Positions 21,480-30,200 of a stretch of 64,000 nt of DNA are shown in pieces; the first letter of the stretch is position 1, and the number at the start of each line of letters is the position of its first letter. A model generated the notes under the pieces. It worked only from the letters and a program-made list of their open reading frames with translations, had not been told where the DNA came from and did no database searches. The stretch lies in the NCBI GenBank assembly GCA_030690945.1, contig JAUYFM010000049.1, positions 8,088 to 72,087 of the forward strand, written 5' to 3'. The position numbers and the translations under genes were made by a program. This DNA comes from Smithellaceae bacterium. GTDB lineage: Bacteria; Desulfobacterota; Syntrophia; Syntrophales; Smithellaceae.

Positions 21480-22697
21480 TCAATCATATCTTTTCAGTTC
21501 AAAAAGTTTTTTATTTTGCGTGGAAACGATGTGGTAGAAACGGTCCTGCGGGATATAAATATAAGGAACATCAACGTCGCGCCGGTAAAGAAAATGCGAC
21601 AGGATCAAACGATTAACAGCCTGATGGCCGACAATCATAATGTTCTCCGCACGCCGGTTGAGAAAGAATGATTTTTTAATTCCCGCCTCGATTCTCGATT
21701 TCATCGCCGCGTAACTTTCACCCCCGGGATACACATAAGCGTATTTATGGGCTTCGCGCTCACGGAAGACCTGCGGCACCTTTTTTTCAATCTCGGCATA
21801 GGTCATGCCCTCGCAGACGCCGGCATTGATTTCATCAAACTCTTTGAGCGCGATAATCCGACAATCGCTTTGTTTTTCTGCGATAGCTTCCGCCGTTCTT
21901 TTAGTTCTCAGCTTGCTGCTGGTAAAGATGTAGGATATTTTCTTTTTGATAAAAAATTGCCCCAAGGCTTCGGCCTGTTCCATTCCTTTTGCAGTAAGAT
22001 TGGAATCGCCGCCAATGCGGTCCTCCACGTTATACTCCGTTTGGGCATGCCGGATCAGAAAAAGATTTTTAACTTCGTCTGTGACCAGATAATCGCGCAG
22101 GCGTGCGTAAAGGGGAATCGAATCGGTGTGCTTTTCTTCGATAATCTTGTTTTGCAGTGAATCCAGGCGTACATAATTTCTTTCCACTTTCAAGGAAACA
22201 TAGATCATTTTATAGTAATTAATTCTTTTCAAAAACTCCGCTTCCGCCGTCCTGCTGTCCAGTTGCGCGAACTCCGGCAGTTTCGTTTTTTCCAGAATGC
22301 TCAGAGGCACAATATCATCATCATCATTCACGCACTCGATAAAGAACAGGGGATGGTCATCAAGATATTCCTCAATCATCTCCCGGCGACAACGGCCTGC
22401 GTTGGTCGCGTCCAGAATAGCCACCTGTCCGGAATTGCGCAGATAGGCCTTTGCTCTTTCCATATTCATGCAGGCGAATTTTTTTCTCAGCGCCACGGCC
22501 GCCGGATTATTCGGAGAATAAAACTCGGCACAGGATGTTTCCTTAAGCGGCCTGTAGATCCGGCGCAGATTGCCGTTATTGAATATCCGGGTATGAATGT
22601 TATCTTTGTGGAAAGCCTCCCTCAAGCGCACGGCCAGCGTGGATTTGCCACGGGCAGGCAGCCCCATCAGGACAATATAGAGTTTGTCATCGCTCAT
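21480..22697 (-). CDS. Bifunctional 6-phosphofructo-2-kinase/fructose-2,6-bisphosphatase (eukaryote-type)
   Basis: Kinase: MGLPARGKS, FNNGNLRR, LDATN. Phosphatase: RHAQTEYN..RIGGDS, EINAGVCEGMTY, YPGGESY, GHQAVNR. Confidence 0.9.
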   Translation of the reverse strand: MSDDKLYIVLMGLPARGKSTLAVRLREAFHKDNIHTRIFNNGNLRRIYRPLKETSCAEFYSPNNPAAVALRKKFACMNMERAKAYLRNSGQVAILDATNAGRCRREMIEEYLDDHPLFFIECVNDDDDIVPLSILEKTKLPEFAQLDSRTAEAEFLKRINYYKMIYVSLKVERNYVRLDSLQNKIIEEKHTDSIPLYARLRDYLVTDEVKNLFLIRHAQTEYNVEDRIGGDSNLTAKGMEQAEALGQFFIKKKISYIFTSSKLRTKRTAEAIAEKQSDCRIIALKEFDEINAGVCEGMTYAEIEKKVPQVFREREAHKYAYVYPGGESYAAMKSRIEAGIKKSFFLNRRAENIMIVGHQAVNRLILSHFLYRRDVDVPYIYIPQDRFYHIVSTQNKKLFELKRYD

Positions 22698-22730
22698 AAA
22701 CTTTCGACCACACCTTTGCCGTCCAAACTC

Positions 22731-22760
22731 CGTAGAGACATTGCATGCAACGTCTCTACG
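22731..22760. repeat. GTAG-type REP
   Basis: CGTAGAGACATTGCATGCAACGTCTCTACG, near-perfect palindrome. Confidence 0.8.
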
Positions 22761-23330
22761 TTATCTGACCATTTTACAACCGATGTCAAAAGCCCGCTCC
22801 AGAAGCTCCTGGTTTCCGGTCGCGGGTTTCTCTGCGCTGTCTGTATGAATAATTTTCCCCACAACATCCATGCCCAGACCGCTGCCAGTCATACCGGTCA
22901 GATACATAATGGATTTCTGATATTGTACGGGATCGGGCGCGCCCTGAGAAATCGCCAGCGCGTAAGTTTTGCCCGGAGGCACCATGGATTTGTAGCCGCC
23001 CTGCGGTAAATTGGCATAAAGAGAATAAATGCGATCCACAAACAGTTTCATCTGCCCGGAAATACGGTACATGTAAATGGGGCAACCGAGGACCATTCCC
23101 GTACAGGTTTTGATCGCCTCAAGATAAGGACTAAGATCATCTTTCGCGCTGCAAAACCCTGGATTTTTCCGGCAACCCAGACAGCCCAGGCAGCCCTTGA
23201 AGTTAATGTCGTGAAGCCGCACCTCGGTGGTCTGGGCACCGCGCGATCGCCCGCCCTCCAGCATGGAGGCAACGATGGCGGATGTGTTTCCCTGAGAACG
23301 TGGACTTCCATTGAACGCTAAAATTTGCAT
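22761..23330 (-). CDS. Iron-sulfur flavoprotein (NADPH-dependent FMN reductase family)
   Basis: NGSPRSQGNT, CLGCLGC...C, PIY..SGQMKLFVDR. Confidence 0.9.
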   Translation of the reverse strand: MQILAFNGSPRSQGNTSAIVASMLEGGRSRGAQTTEVRLHDINFKGCLGCLGCRKNPGFCSAKDDLSPYLEAIKTCTGMVLGCPIYMYRISGQMKLFVDRIYSLYANLPQGGYKSMVPPGKTYALAISQGAPDPVQYQKSIMYLTGMTGSGLGMDVVGKIIHTDSAEKPATGNQELLERAFDIGCKMVR

Positions 23331-23374
23331 AAAAAACTCCTTTAGGGGTTTAGGCTATTGGCCTATCGTCTTTT

Positions 23375-23399
23375 ACCTTCAGCCTTCGGTCTTCAGCCT
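23375..23399. repeat. Inverted-repeat arm downstream of pyk
   Basis: ACCTTCAGCCTTCGGTCTTCAGCCT matches the reverse complement of 24849-24873 at 24 of 25 positions. Confidence 0.85.
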
Positions 23400-23404
23400 T
23401 TAGC

Positions 23405-24811
23405 CTATTTCAACCTTTTTACTCTCAACATATTCGTCGTTCCCGACACCCAGATCGGATGGCCGACAGTGATGACAATCAAATCTCCCGGCTTTGCTTC
23501 ACCGGACTCCAAGGCAGCCTGAGAGGCTTTTTCAATCATATCATCCGTATCATGCGGATCGTTGACCAGACGGGGAAGACAACCCCAGCTTAAAGCAAGA
23601 CGCCGCACTGTCTTTTCATTGGGTGATAAGGCAACAATCGTCTGGCTGGGGCGAAAGCGGGATATGTAGCGGGCTGTCCTGCCGGACTGGGTATGGGCAA
23701 CAATAGCCTTTGCCTCCAGATGACTGGCCAGAACACAGGAGGCGTGAGCAACCGATTCGGAAATATCCTTCTTGGGGGTCATAGCCAGAAATTCTTCAAA
23801 CGGAAAACCTCTCTCAGCAGCGGAGACCAGACGGCTCATATACAAAACAGCCTCCACCGGATAGTCGCCGGATGCTGTTTCTTCGGAGAGCATCACGGCA
23901 TCGGTGCCGTCGAGCACGGCGTTAGCGACGTCAGCGGCTTCGGCACGGGTAGGCCGCGGCGAGGAAACCATCGAACGCAGCATCTGTGTCGCGGTGATGA
24001 CCGGCTTACCTGCGGCGTTGGCTTTGGCAATCAACTTCTTTTGAATCAGCGGAACATCTTCCAGCGGTATTTCCACACCCAGATCACCGCGCGCAACCAT
24101 GATGCCGTCCGAAATACCCATGATGGCGTCAATGTTATCAACGGCTTCATGTTTTTCTATTTTGGCGATCACCGGGGTGTCTTTGCCCTTTGCGGCAATA
24201 ATGTCTTTGACCATTTTGATGTCGTCCGCAGTTTTAACGAAAGATAAGGCGATAAAATCAACCCCATTTTCCAGACCGAACAGCAGATCGCTGCGGTCTT
24301 TTTCAGTGAGGGATGCTGTGCGGATTGTACCAGTCGGCAGGTTAATTCCCTTATGCGACGTCAGGAGGCCACCGGTGACTACTTTGCAGACAATATCGAT
24401 ATCATTCGCCTCTTCAACGACTAGCTCCATTAAGCCGTCGGCCAAAAGCAGCCTGTCTCCGGTTTTCACTTCCCTCGGCAAATCTTTATACGTGAGCGAC
24501 ACTGCCTCTATGCTGCCTTCGATCGGGCGGCTGGTTAAAATAAATTGATGGCCCGGCGTCAGTACAATGCCGGGAGCAGGAATCGTGCCGATTCGAATTT
24601 TCGGTCCGGCCAGATCCAGCAGAATCGCAACTGGCCGGTCAAGTTTCCCGGACAGCGCACGAATCGTTTTGATCTTTTGCAGATGGCCTTCGTGCGAGCC
24701 ATGCGAGAAATTCAGCCGCGCCACATTCATGCCGTTCAAGATCAAGGCTTGAAGAACGTCTTCCTTTTCGGAAGCCGGTCCGATGGTGCAGACAATTTTT
24801 GTTTTTTTCAT
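23405..24811 (-). CDS. pyk: Pyruvate kinase
   Basis: TKIVCTIGPAS, ARLNFSHG, IAKIEK, MVARGDLGVE, TATQML, DAVMLSEETA. Confidence 0.99.
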   Translation of the reverse strand: MKKTKIVCTIGPASEKEDVLQALILNGMNVARLNFSHGSHEGHLQKIKTIRALSGKLDRPVAILLDLAGPKIRIGTIPAPGIVLTPGHQFILTSRPIEGSIEAVSLTYKDLPREVKTGDRLLLADGLMELVVEEANDIDIVCKVVTGGLLTSHKGINLPTGTIRTASLTEKDRSDLLFGLENGVDFIALSFVKTADDIKMVKDIIAAKGKDTPVIAKIEKHEAVDNIDAIMGISDGIMVARGDLGVEIPLEDVPLIQKKLIAKANAAGKPVITATQMLRSMVSSPRPTRAEAADVANAVLDGTDAVMLSEETASGDYPVEAVLYMSRLVSAAERGFPFEEFLAMTPKKDISESVAHASCVLASHLEAKAIVAHTQSGRTARYISRFRPSQTIVALSPNEKTVRRLALSWGCLPRLVNDPHDTDDMIEKASQAALESGEAKPGDLIVITVGHPIWVSGTTNMLRVKRLK

Positions 24812-24848
24812 AGACTCCTTTTGCGCTTCGCGCAGGCTATAGGTTCAT

Positions 24849-24873
24849 AGGCTGTAGACCGAAGGCTGAAGGT
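24849..24873. repeat. Inverted-repeat arm upstream of pyk
   Basis: AGGCTGTAGACCGAAGGCTGAAGGT; partner of 23375-23399. Confidence 0.85.
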
Positions 24874-25041
24874 TGTTTTGTAAGGGCGCTTTGCGCCCCG
24901 CTCTTTTTTACAAGAGATCGGTCTGTTCTTCTTTTCATAGCAAATAAATTGGTTTACTTCAACATCACAAATTCCTTTGCAGCCATCATGTCTTAGGCCA
25001 CTCCCTTGTCGAATACGCCTTCATCGCCAGGGAGAAATGGA

Positions 25042-25070
25042 TTGACAACCCATAGGCTTTTGTTTAATCT
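25042..25070 (+). promoter_or_regulatory. Putative sigma70 promoter of gap-pgk-tpiA
   Basis: TTGACA, 17 bp spacer, TAATCT; 28 bp before the gap ATG. Confidence 0.55.
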
Positions 25071-25098
25071 TTTTTACCTAATGATTGAGGAGGAGAAT

Positions 25099-26097
25099 AT
25101 GGCTGTAAAGATCGCAATTAACGGATTCGGAAGAATCGGCCGACTGGTATTTCGCGCCGGTTATAAAAGCAAGGATGTGGAATTCGTGGCAGTCAATGAT
25201 CTGGCCGACGCTAAAACACTGGCTCACCTGCTCAAATATGATTCTATTCACGGCACACTCAATGCTGAAGTAAAATCCACACCCAATGCCATCATTGTTG
25301 ACGGCAAGGAAATGAAGGCTTTTTCCGCAAAAGACCCGGAAACACTGCCCTGGAAAGACCTGGGGGTAGATGTTGTTCTGGAGAGCACAGGAAGATTCAC
25401 CGATAAAGACGGAGCCGAAAAACATCTGAAAGCCGGCGCCAGAAAAGTGGTGATCTCCGCACCCGCCAAAGGGGCGGACGTGACGGTTGTTTTCGGCGTC
25501 AATCCGCAGGACTATGACAAATCGAAGCATCACATTATCTCCATGGGCTCCTGCACCACCAACTGCCTGGCGCCGATCGTCAGAATTCTGCATGAGGAAT
25601 TCGGCCTGGAATACGGTCTGATGACGACGATTCATTCCTACACCAACGATCAGGTGGTTCTCGACGAGCCGCACAAGGATTTGCGCCGGGCGCGCGCCTC
25701 CGCGCTTTCCATGATTCCCACAACCACCGGCGCCGCCCGCGCCATTGCGGAAGTCATTCCCGAAATGAAGGGCAAGCTTGACGGCCTGGCGATCCGCGTG
25801 CCCACACCCAATGTTTCACTGGTCGATTTTGTGGCGACACTGTCGCGCGAAACGAGCAAACAGGAAGTCAATGAAAAACTCAAAGAGTATTCGCAAAAAG
25901 CGATGAAGGGTATTTTGTTTTGCTCTGAAGAAGAGCTGGTGTCGCGCGACTTTAACGGCAATCCGCATTCATCGATTGTGGATTTGCCCAATACGACCGT
26001 CATCGGCGGCAAAATGGTGAAAATACTTTCATGGTATGACAACGAATGGGGCTTTTCCAATCGCATGCTGGAACTCCTGTCGTTCATCATGAAATAA
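25099..26097 (+). CDS. gap: Glyceraldehyde-3-phosphate dehydrogenase (type I)
   Basis: INGFGRIGR, SCTTNCLAP, WYDNEWG; GAGGAGGAG RBS before ATG 25099. Confidence 0.99.
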   Translation: MAVKIAINGFGRIGRLVFRAGYKSKDVEFVAVNDLADAKTLAHLLKYDSIHGTLNAEVKSTPNAIIVDGKEMKAFSAKDPETLPWKDLGVDVVLESTGRFTDKDGAEKHLKAGARKVVISAPAKGADVTVVFGVNPQDYDKSKHHIISMGSCTTNCLAPIVRILHEEFGLEYGLMTTIHSYTNDQVVLDEPHKDLRRARASALSMIPTTTGAARAIAEVIPEMKGKLDGLAIRVPTPNVSLVDFVATLSRETSKQEVNEKLKEYSQKAMKGILFCSEEELVSRDFNGNPHSSIVDLPNTTVIGGKMVKILSWYDNEWGFSNRMLELLSFIMK

Positions 26098-26148
26098 AGA
26101 TTTATTTAGTTTTTTATGGCAACGCAAGGATACCAATTATTACAATCT

Positions 26149-26235
26149 TTGTCATTTCGAGGAGCGCAGCAACGAGAAATCCTAAAACCCCGCGATATTC
26201 GGGACAAAGATTTCTCCCGGCGATCGAAATGACAA
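26149..26235. repeat. GTCATTTCGA-type REP element
   Basis: TTGTCATTTCGA...TCGAAATGACAA ends with inner GAGAAATC/GATTTCTC; related copy at about 49557-49632. Confidence 0.8.
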
Positions 26236-26262
26236 TATGAATAAAAACAGAGAGGTAGAATC

Positions 26263-27438
26263 ATGAAGTACTTAGATCAGATTGATGTCAGCGGAAAGAA
26301 GGTATTGGTGCGTGTGGATTTTAACGTGCCGATGGACAAGTCAGGCAACGTCACAGACGATACACGTGTCAAAGCGAGTTTAGCCACCATCAATTATATC
26401 CGGGAAAAGGGCGCCAGAGTGATTGTTACGTCCCATCTCGGGCGGCCCAAGGGAAAGAGAGTTGAGGAATTTTCTTTGAAACCGGTTGCTCCGATTCTTG
26501 CCTCCCTGCTTAAAAAAGACGTTCTATTCGTTGATGATTGCATCGGCGAAAAAGCTCTGCAGGCTGTAGCCAACATGAAAGCAGGCGACGTGATTCTGCT
26601 GGAAAACCTGCGCTACTATCCGGGTGAAGACAAAAACGATGACGCGTTTGCCCAGGAACTCGCCAAGCTTTGCGACGTTTATATCAACGACGCGTTTGCC
26701 GTGTCGCACCGCGCGGCGGCTTCCAATACCGCCATCACCAAGTTTGTGCCCGTGTGCGCCGCAGGGTTCCTGCTGAAAAATGAAATAGAGTATTTTAATA
26801 AGGCCATGGGCAATCCTGCGCGGCCGCTCGTCGCCATTATCGGCGGAGCCAAAGTGTCCGACAAGATCAAGGTTTTGGAAAATGTCATCGATAAAGTAGA
26901 CCGCCTTATCGTGGGCGGCGGCATGGCCTTTACCTTCCTGAAAGCCCAGGGTCTGAATGTCGGTAAATCCCTATGTGAAACGGAAATGCTGGACCTGGCC
27001 CGTAAAATCATGGAGAAAGCGAAACAAAAGAACGTTCAGTTTTTATTGCCGGTCGATGTGGTGATCGCCAAGGCGACCGTGGCGGACGCTGAAACAAAAG
27101 TTGTCGCCGTCAAAGACATTCCCGATGAATGGATGGGTCTGGATATAGGCCCCGCAACCATCGCGGCGTTTTCCGACGCCGTAAAAACGGCCAAGACGAT
27201 TGTCTGGAATGGGCCACTGGGCATGTTTGAACTCGCCCCTTTTTCTTCAGGAACATTTAAACTGGTGGATGCAGTCGTGGCTTCCGGCGCGCTGACGATT
27301 GTCGGCGGCGGCGATACCGATACCGCTATTCACAAAACCGGTAAGAGCGATAAAATATCTTACATCTCAACCGGCGGCGGCGCGTTTCTGGAACTTTTGG
27401 AAGGCAAGACCCTGCCGGCAGTGGCCGCTCTCGGATAA
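26263..27438 (+). CDS. pgk: Phosphoglycerate kinase
   Basis: RVDFNVP, SHLGRP, LLENLR, GGAKVSDK, STGGGA. Confidence 0.99.
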   Translation: MKYLDQIDVSGKKVLVRVDFNVPMDKSGNVTDDTRVKASLATINYIREKGARVIVTSHLGRPKGKRVEEFSLKPVAPILASLLKKDVLFVDDCIGEKALQAVANMKAGDVILLENLRYYPGEDKNDDAFAQELAKLCDVYINDAFAVSHRAAASNTAITKFVPVCAAGFLLKNEIEYFNKAMGNPARPLVAIIGGAKVSDKIKVLENVIDKVDRLIVGGGMAFTFLKAQGLNVGKSLCETEMLDLARKIMEKAKQKNVQFLLPVDVVIAKATVADAETKVVAVKDIPDEWMGLDIGPATIAAFSDAVKTAKTIVWNGPLGMFELAPFSSGTFKLVDAVVASGALTIVGGGDTDTAIHKTGKSDKISYISTGGGAFLELLEGKTLPAVAALG

Positions 27439-27443
27439 ACCGC

Positions 27444-27496
27444 CTCGCGAACTCGCTGCGGCGAATTAACGCTTGTCCCGCAACAGCGGGATTAAA
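27444..27496. repeat. Dispersed ~53-bp repeat, copy 1
   Basis: GAATTAACGCTTGTCCCGCAACAGCGGGATTAAA is nearly identical to sequence in 47450-47503. Confidence 0.75.
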
Positions 27497-27509
27497 ACGG
27501 AGGAAACAA

Positions 27510-28256
27510 ATGAGAAAGTGGATTGTCGCCGGCAACTGGAAAATGCACAACACCATCAGTGAATCCGTGGCGCTGGCTTACGCGATTAAAGAAGGAACAA
27601 CCGGTTTGAAAAACGGCGAGGTCGTTGTGGCTCCGCCGTTTACCGCTTTGCATAGCGTCGGCGAGGCCATCAAAGGTTCCGCCGTGGCACTTGCCGCGCA
27701 AAATATGTATTATGAAGATAAAGGCGCGTTCACCGGTGAAGTTTCTCCGTCAATGCTCACAGATGCCGGCTGTAAATATGTTATTATCGGGCATTCCGAG
27801 CGTCGCAAATATTTTAATGAGAGCGATGAAAATGTAAATTTAAAAGTAATGAAAGCGTTGGCAACCGGCTTGAAGCCGATTGTTTGTGTCGGCGAAACGG
27901 ATGGCGAAAGAAACAAAGGCGTTACGCAGAGTGTCGTGAACCGCCAAGTCCGCAAAGCGCTGGCCGGTGTTAATAAGATTGATCACATTGTTATCGCCTA
28001 CGAACCGGTCTGGGCGATTGGAACGGGTAAGGTGGCCACCTCCGCTCAGGCCGAGGACGTTCACGATTTCATTCGCCGTCTTCTCGTTGAAATATATGGC
28101 TGTATGGCTGATGACGTTCGTATTCTCTATGGCGGCAGTGTGACGAAAGATAATATCGGCGAGTTGATCGCGATGGAGGATATCGACGGCGCACTGGTCG
28201 GCGGCGCTTCGTTAAAGCCGGACGACTTTTTAGGCATCATCAATAAAATGCCGTAA
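27510..28256 (+). CDS. tpiA: Triosephosphate isomerase
   Basis: AGNWKM, GHSERR, AYEPVWAIGTG, LVGGASL. Confidence 0.99.
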   Translation: MRKWIVAGNWKMHNTISESVALAYAIKEGTTGLKNGEVVVAPPFTALHSVGEAIKGSAVALAAQNMYYEDKGAFTGEVSPSMLTDAGCKYVIIGHSERRKYFNESDENVNLKVMKALATGLKPIVCVGETDGERNKGVTQSVVNRQVRKALAGVNKIDHIVIAYEPVWAIGTGKVATSAQAEDVHDFIRRLLVEIYGCMADDVRILYGGSVTKDNIGELIAMEDIDGALVGGASLKPDDFLGIINKMP

Positions 28257-28329
28257 GAAATCTCCCCCGGTCATTGCGAACAATTTACCCGGAGCTATGC
28301 ACCGGGTTATTAATGGAAGAAACGGTAAT

Positions 28330-28415
28330 CTCCCCTCCCTCGATGGGAGGGGCAGGGGGAGGGTGAAAGCAAAGCTGCCCCCTCCCCTCAATCCCCGCCC
28401 ACCAGGGGCGGGGAA
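28330..28415. repeat. CCCCTCCC-type double-hairpin REP
   Basis: TCCCCTCCCTCGATGGGAGGGG...CCCCGCCCACCAGGGGCGGGGA. Confidence 0.7.
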
Positions 28416-28469
28416 GTTTCTTAGGAGACGACTCTCAGGCGCCTTGGCAATTTTACAATGTCATTTTTT

Positions 28470-28537
28470 GTAGGGAACGGTCTTGCCACCCGCATGGGTG
28501 GTCGCGATAACCTAAAGGTCACAAGACCGTTCCCTAC
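28470..28537. repeat. Expanded GTAG-type REP with two internal hairpins
   Basis: 16-bp IR GTAGGGAACGGTCTTG/CAAGACCGTTCCCTAC enclosing CCACCCGCATGGGTGG and TAACCTAAAGGTCA. Confidence 0.8.
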
Positions 28538-28553
28538 TCCTTTGTGGCAACCT

Positions 28554-29009
28554 ATGACCCGCATATTAATCGTTTACTATTCCCAGACCGGCCACACAGA
28601 GCAAATGGCAGAGGCCATCGCCGAAGGCGCAAAGGCCATCGAAGACGTAACAGTCATCCTGAAAAAAGCCGGCGACGCGACACTCGATGACCTTCTAGCC
28701 TGCAACGGTCTGGCTATCGGCACGCCGGAAAACTTCGGCTACATGTCCGGCATGATCAAGGATTTTTTCGACCGGACCTACGCTGGGGCGCAGGACAAAG
28801 TTTTCCGCAAACCCTATGTCGTTTTCATCAGTGCGGGCAACGACGGCTCAGGCGCGCTCAAAGCCATCGAGCGCATCGCCCTGGGATACAAATTCAAAAA
28901 CGTTTTCACCCCTGTCATTGCCAAAGGAAAAATCACCGGAGAAATCCTAGAACAATGCCGCGAGCTGGGCGGGACGCTGGCCGGCGGGTGTGCAATGGGA
29001 ATCTATTAA
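28554..29009 (+). CDS. Flavodoxin (WrbA-like)
   Basis: YYSQTGHTEQMA, GTPENFGYMSGMIKDFFDR; start moved past the REP. Confidence 0.88.
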   Translation: MTRILIVYYSQTGHTEQMAEAIAEGAKAIEDVTVILKKAGDATLDDLLACNGLAIGTPENFGYMSGMIKDFFDRTYAGAQDKVFRKPYVVFISAGNDGSGALKAIERIALGYKFKNVFTPVIAKGKITGEILEQCRELGGTLAGGCAMGIY

Positions 29010-29040
29010 AAGGCTGGCCCTATTTTCTGACCTGACCACC

Positions 29041-29073
29041 TGATGACCTGGAGGTCACACGAGGTGGCGCGAG
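29041..29073. repeat. 33-bp dispersed repeat, copy 1
   Basis: TGATGACCTGGAGGTCACACGAGGTGGCGCGAG; reverse complement at 50692-50724 with one mismatch. Confidence 0.8.
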
Positions 29074-29159
29074 GCTGTAAGTTTTTAGTAAAGCTGACGG
29101 GGTAACGAGTGGCGGAAAAACCAAAACATTTCCCATCAACTGGATATTATTGGAGCATC

Positions 29160-29792
29160 ATGAAAGAAACTAAATTGTCACCGGTAAAAACAAAATCAAA
29201 AATTAGAGAATTTGTTGAAGCAATCCTGACGGCTTTCCTGATCGCCGCCTTTATCATCTCATTTGTGGTCCAGGCGTTTAAAATACCGTCCGGCTCCATG
29301 ATTCCGACCCTGCTGGTCGGCGATCATCTTTTCGTCAACAAATTTATTTACGGCGTAAAAATCCCGTACTTCAGAATAACGATCATACCGATTACCGATC
29401 CAAAAAGAGGCGACGTCATCGTTTTTATTTACCCGCAGGACCGATCCAAAGATTTCATCAAACGCGTCATCGGCACAGCCGGCGATAAGATTGAAATGAA
29501 AAACAAAAAACTATTCATCAATGATCAGGTTTATACGGATACTTTCGGCATTTATAACGACGATGCGATTTATCCGGCCGATGCGCAGCCGCGTGATAAT
29601 TTCGGGCCGGTGACGGTTCCGCAGGGTTCTCTTTTTGTCATGGGTGATAATCGCGATCATAGTCTGGACAGCCGCTTCTGGGGATTTGTCGATTTGAAGG
29701 ACGTTCAGGGCAAGGCATTTATTATTTACTGGTCATGGGATGCAGAAGAAAAGAATGTCCGTTGGGACCGCCTGGCTAAACTGATCAAATAA
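29160..29792 (+). CDS. lepB: Signal peptidase I
   Basis: IPSGSMIPTL, DFIKRVIG, MGDNRDHSLDSRFWG. Confidence 0.97.
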   Translation: MKETKLSPVKTKSKIREFVEAILTAFLIAAFIISFVVQAFKIPSGSMIPTLLVGDHLFVNKFIYGVKIPYFRITIIPITDPKRGDVIVFIYPQDRSKDFIKRVIGTAGDKIEMKNKKLFINDQVYTDTFGIYNDDAIYPADAQPRDNFGPVTVPQGSLFVMGDNRDHSLDSRFWGFVDLKDVQGKAFIIYWSWDAEEKNVRWDRLAKLIK

Positions 29793-30200
29793 CGGCGGGG
29801 GATCATAATATGAACACGTTAGGACGGAGTGCAGGGCAGCGAATCCATAAAAAGCTGGCTATTTGTAAGCACCTACCTATACACTTTTGAGTTTGAAATT
29901 GCATTGAGGATTACCACTTCAAATTAGCAACCTTTCCTGACTCGGCCAGTTTGTGGAGGAAGTTACAAATACTGTCTCCACGAATTCACGGCATACCTCT
30001 TTGATTCAGAACCTTATTCCATTTCGAATAATAAGATCAGCTAATTTTCATCAAATTTGAGATTTGGCTCCAAATCTCTGGCATACATTTTCATTGCGTT
30101 AATCAAAGCCACTTCTTTCGGCTCGGTTTTGCAATGCCTTTTATATATGCGAGAATTATTTATATATCTATTTTAGCATTACAGAAAAACTTTCAAGGTT

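Noticed and set aside
28458-28553. N-terminal extension of the flavodoxin
   Set aside because: It is translated REP sequence; the family fold begins at MTRILIV
29793-30200. AT-rich gap after lepB as an attC site or hidden gene
   Set aside because: GTTAGGA does not fit GTTRRRY, no matching inverse core was seen, and I found no convincing reading frame
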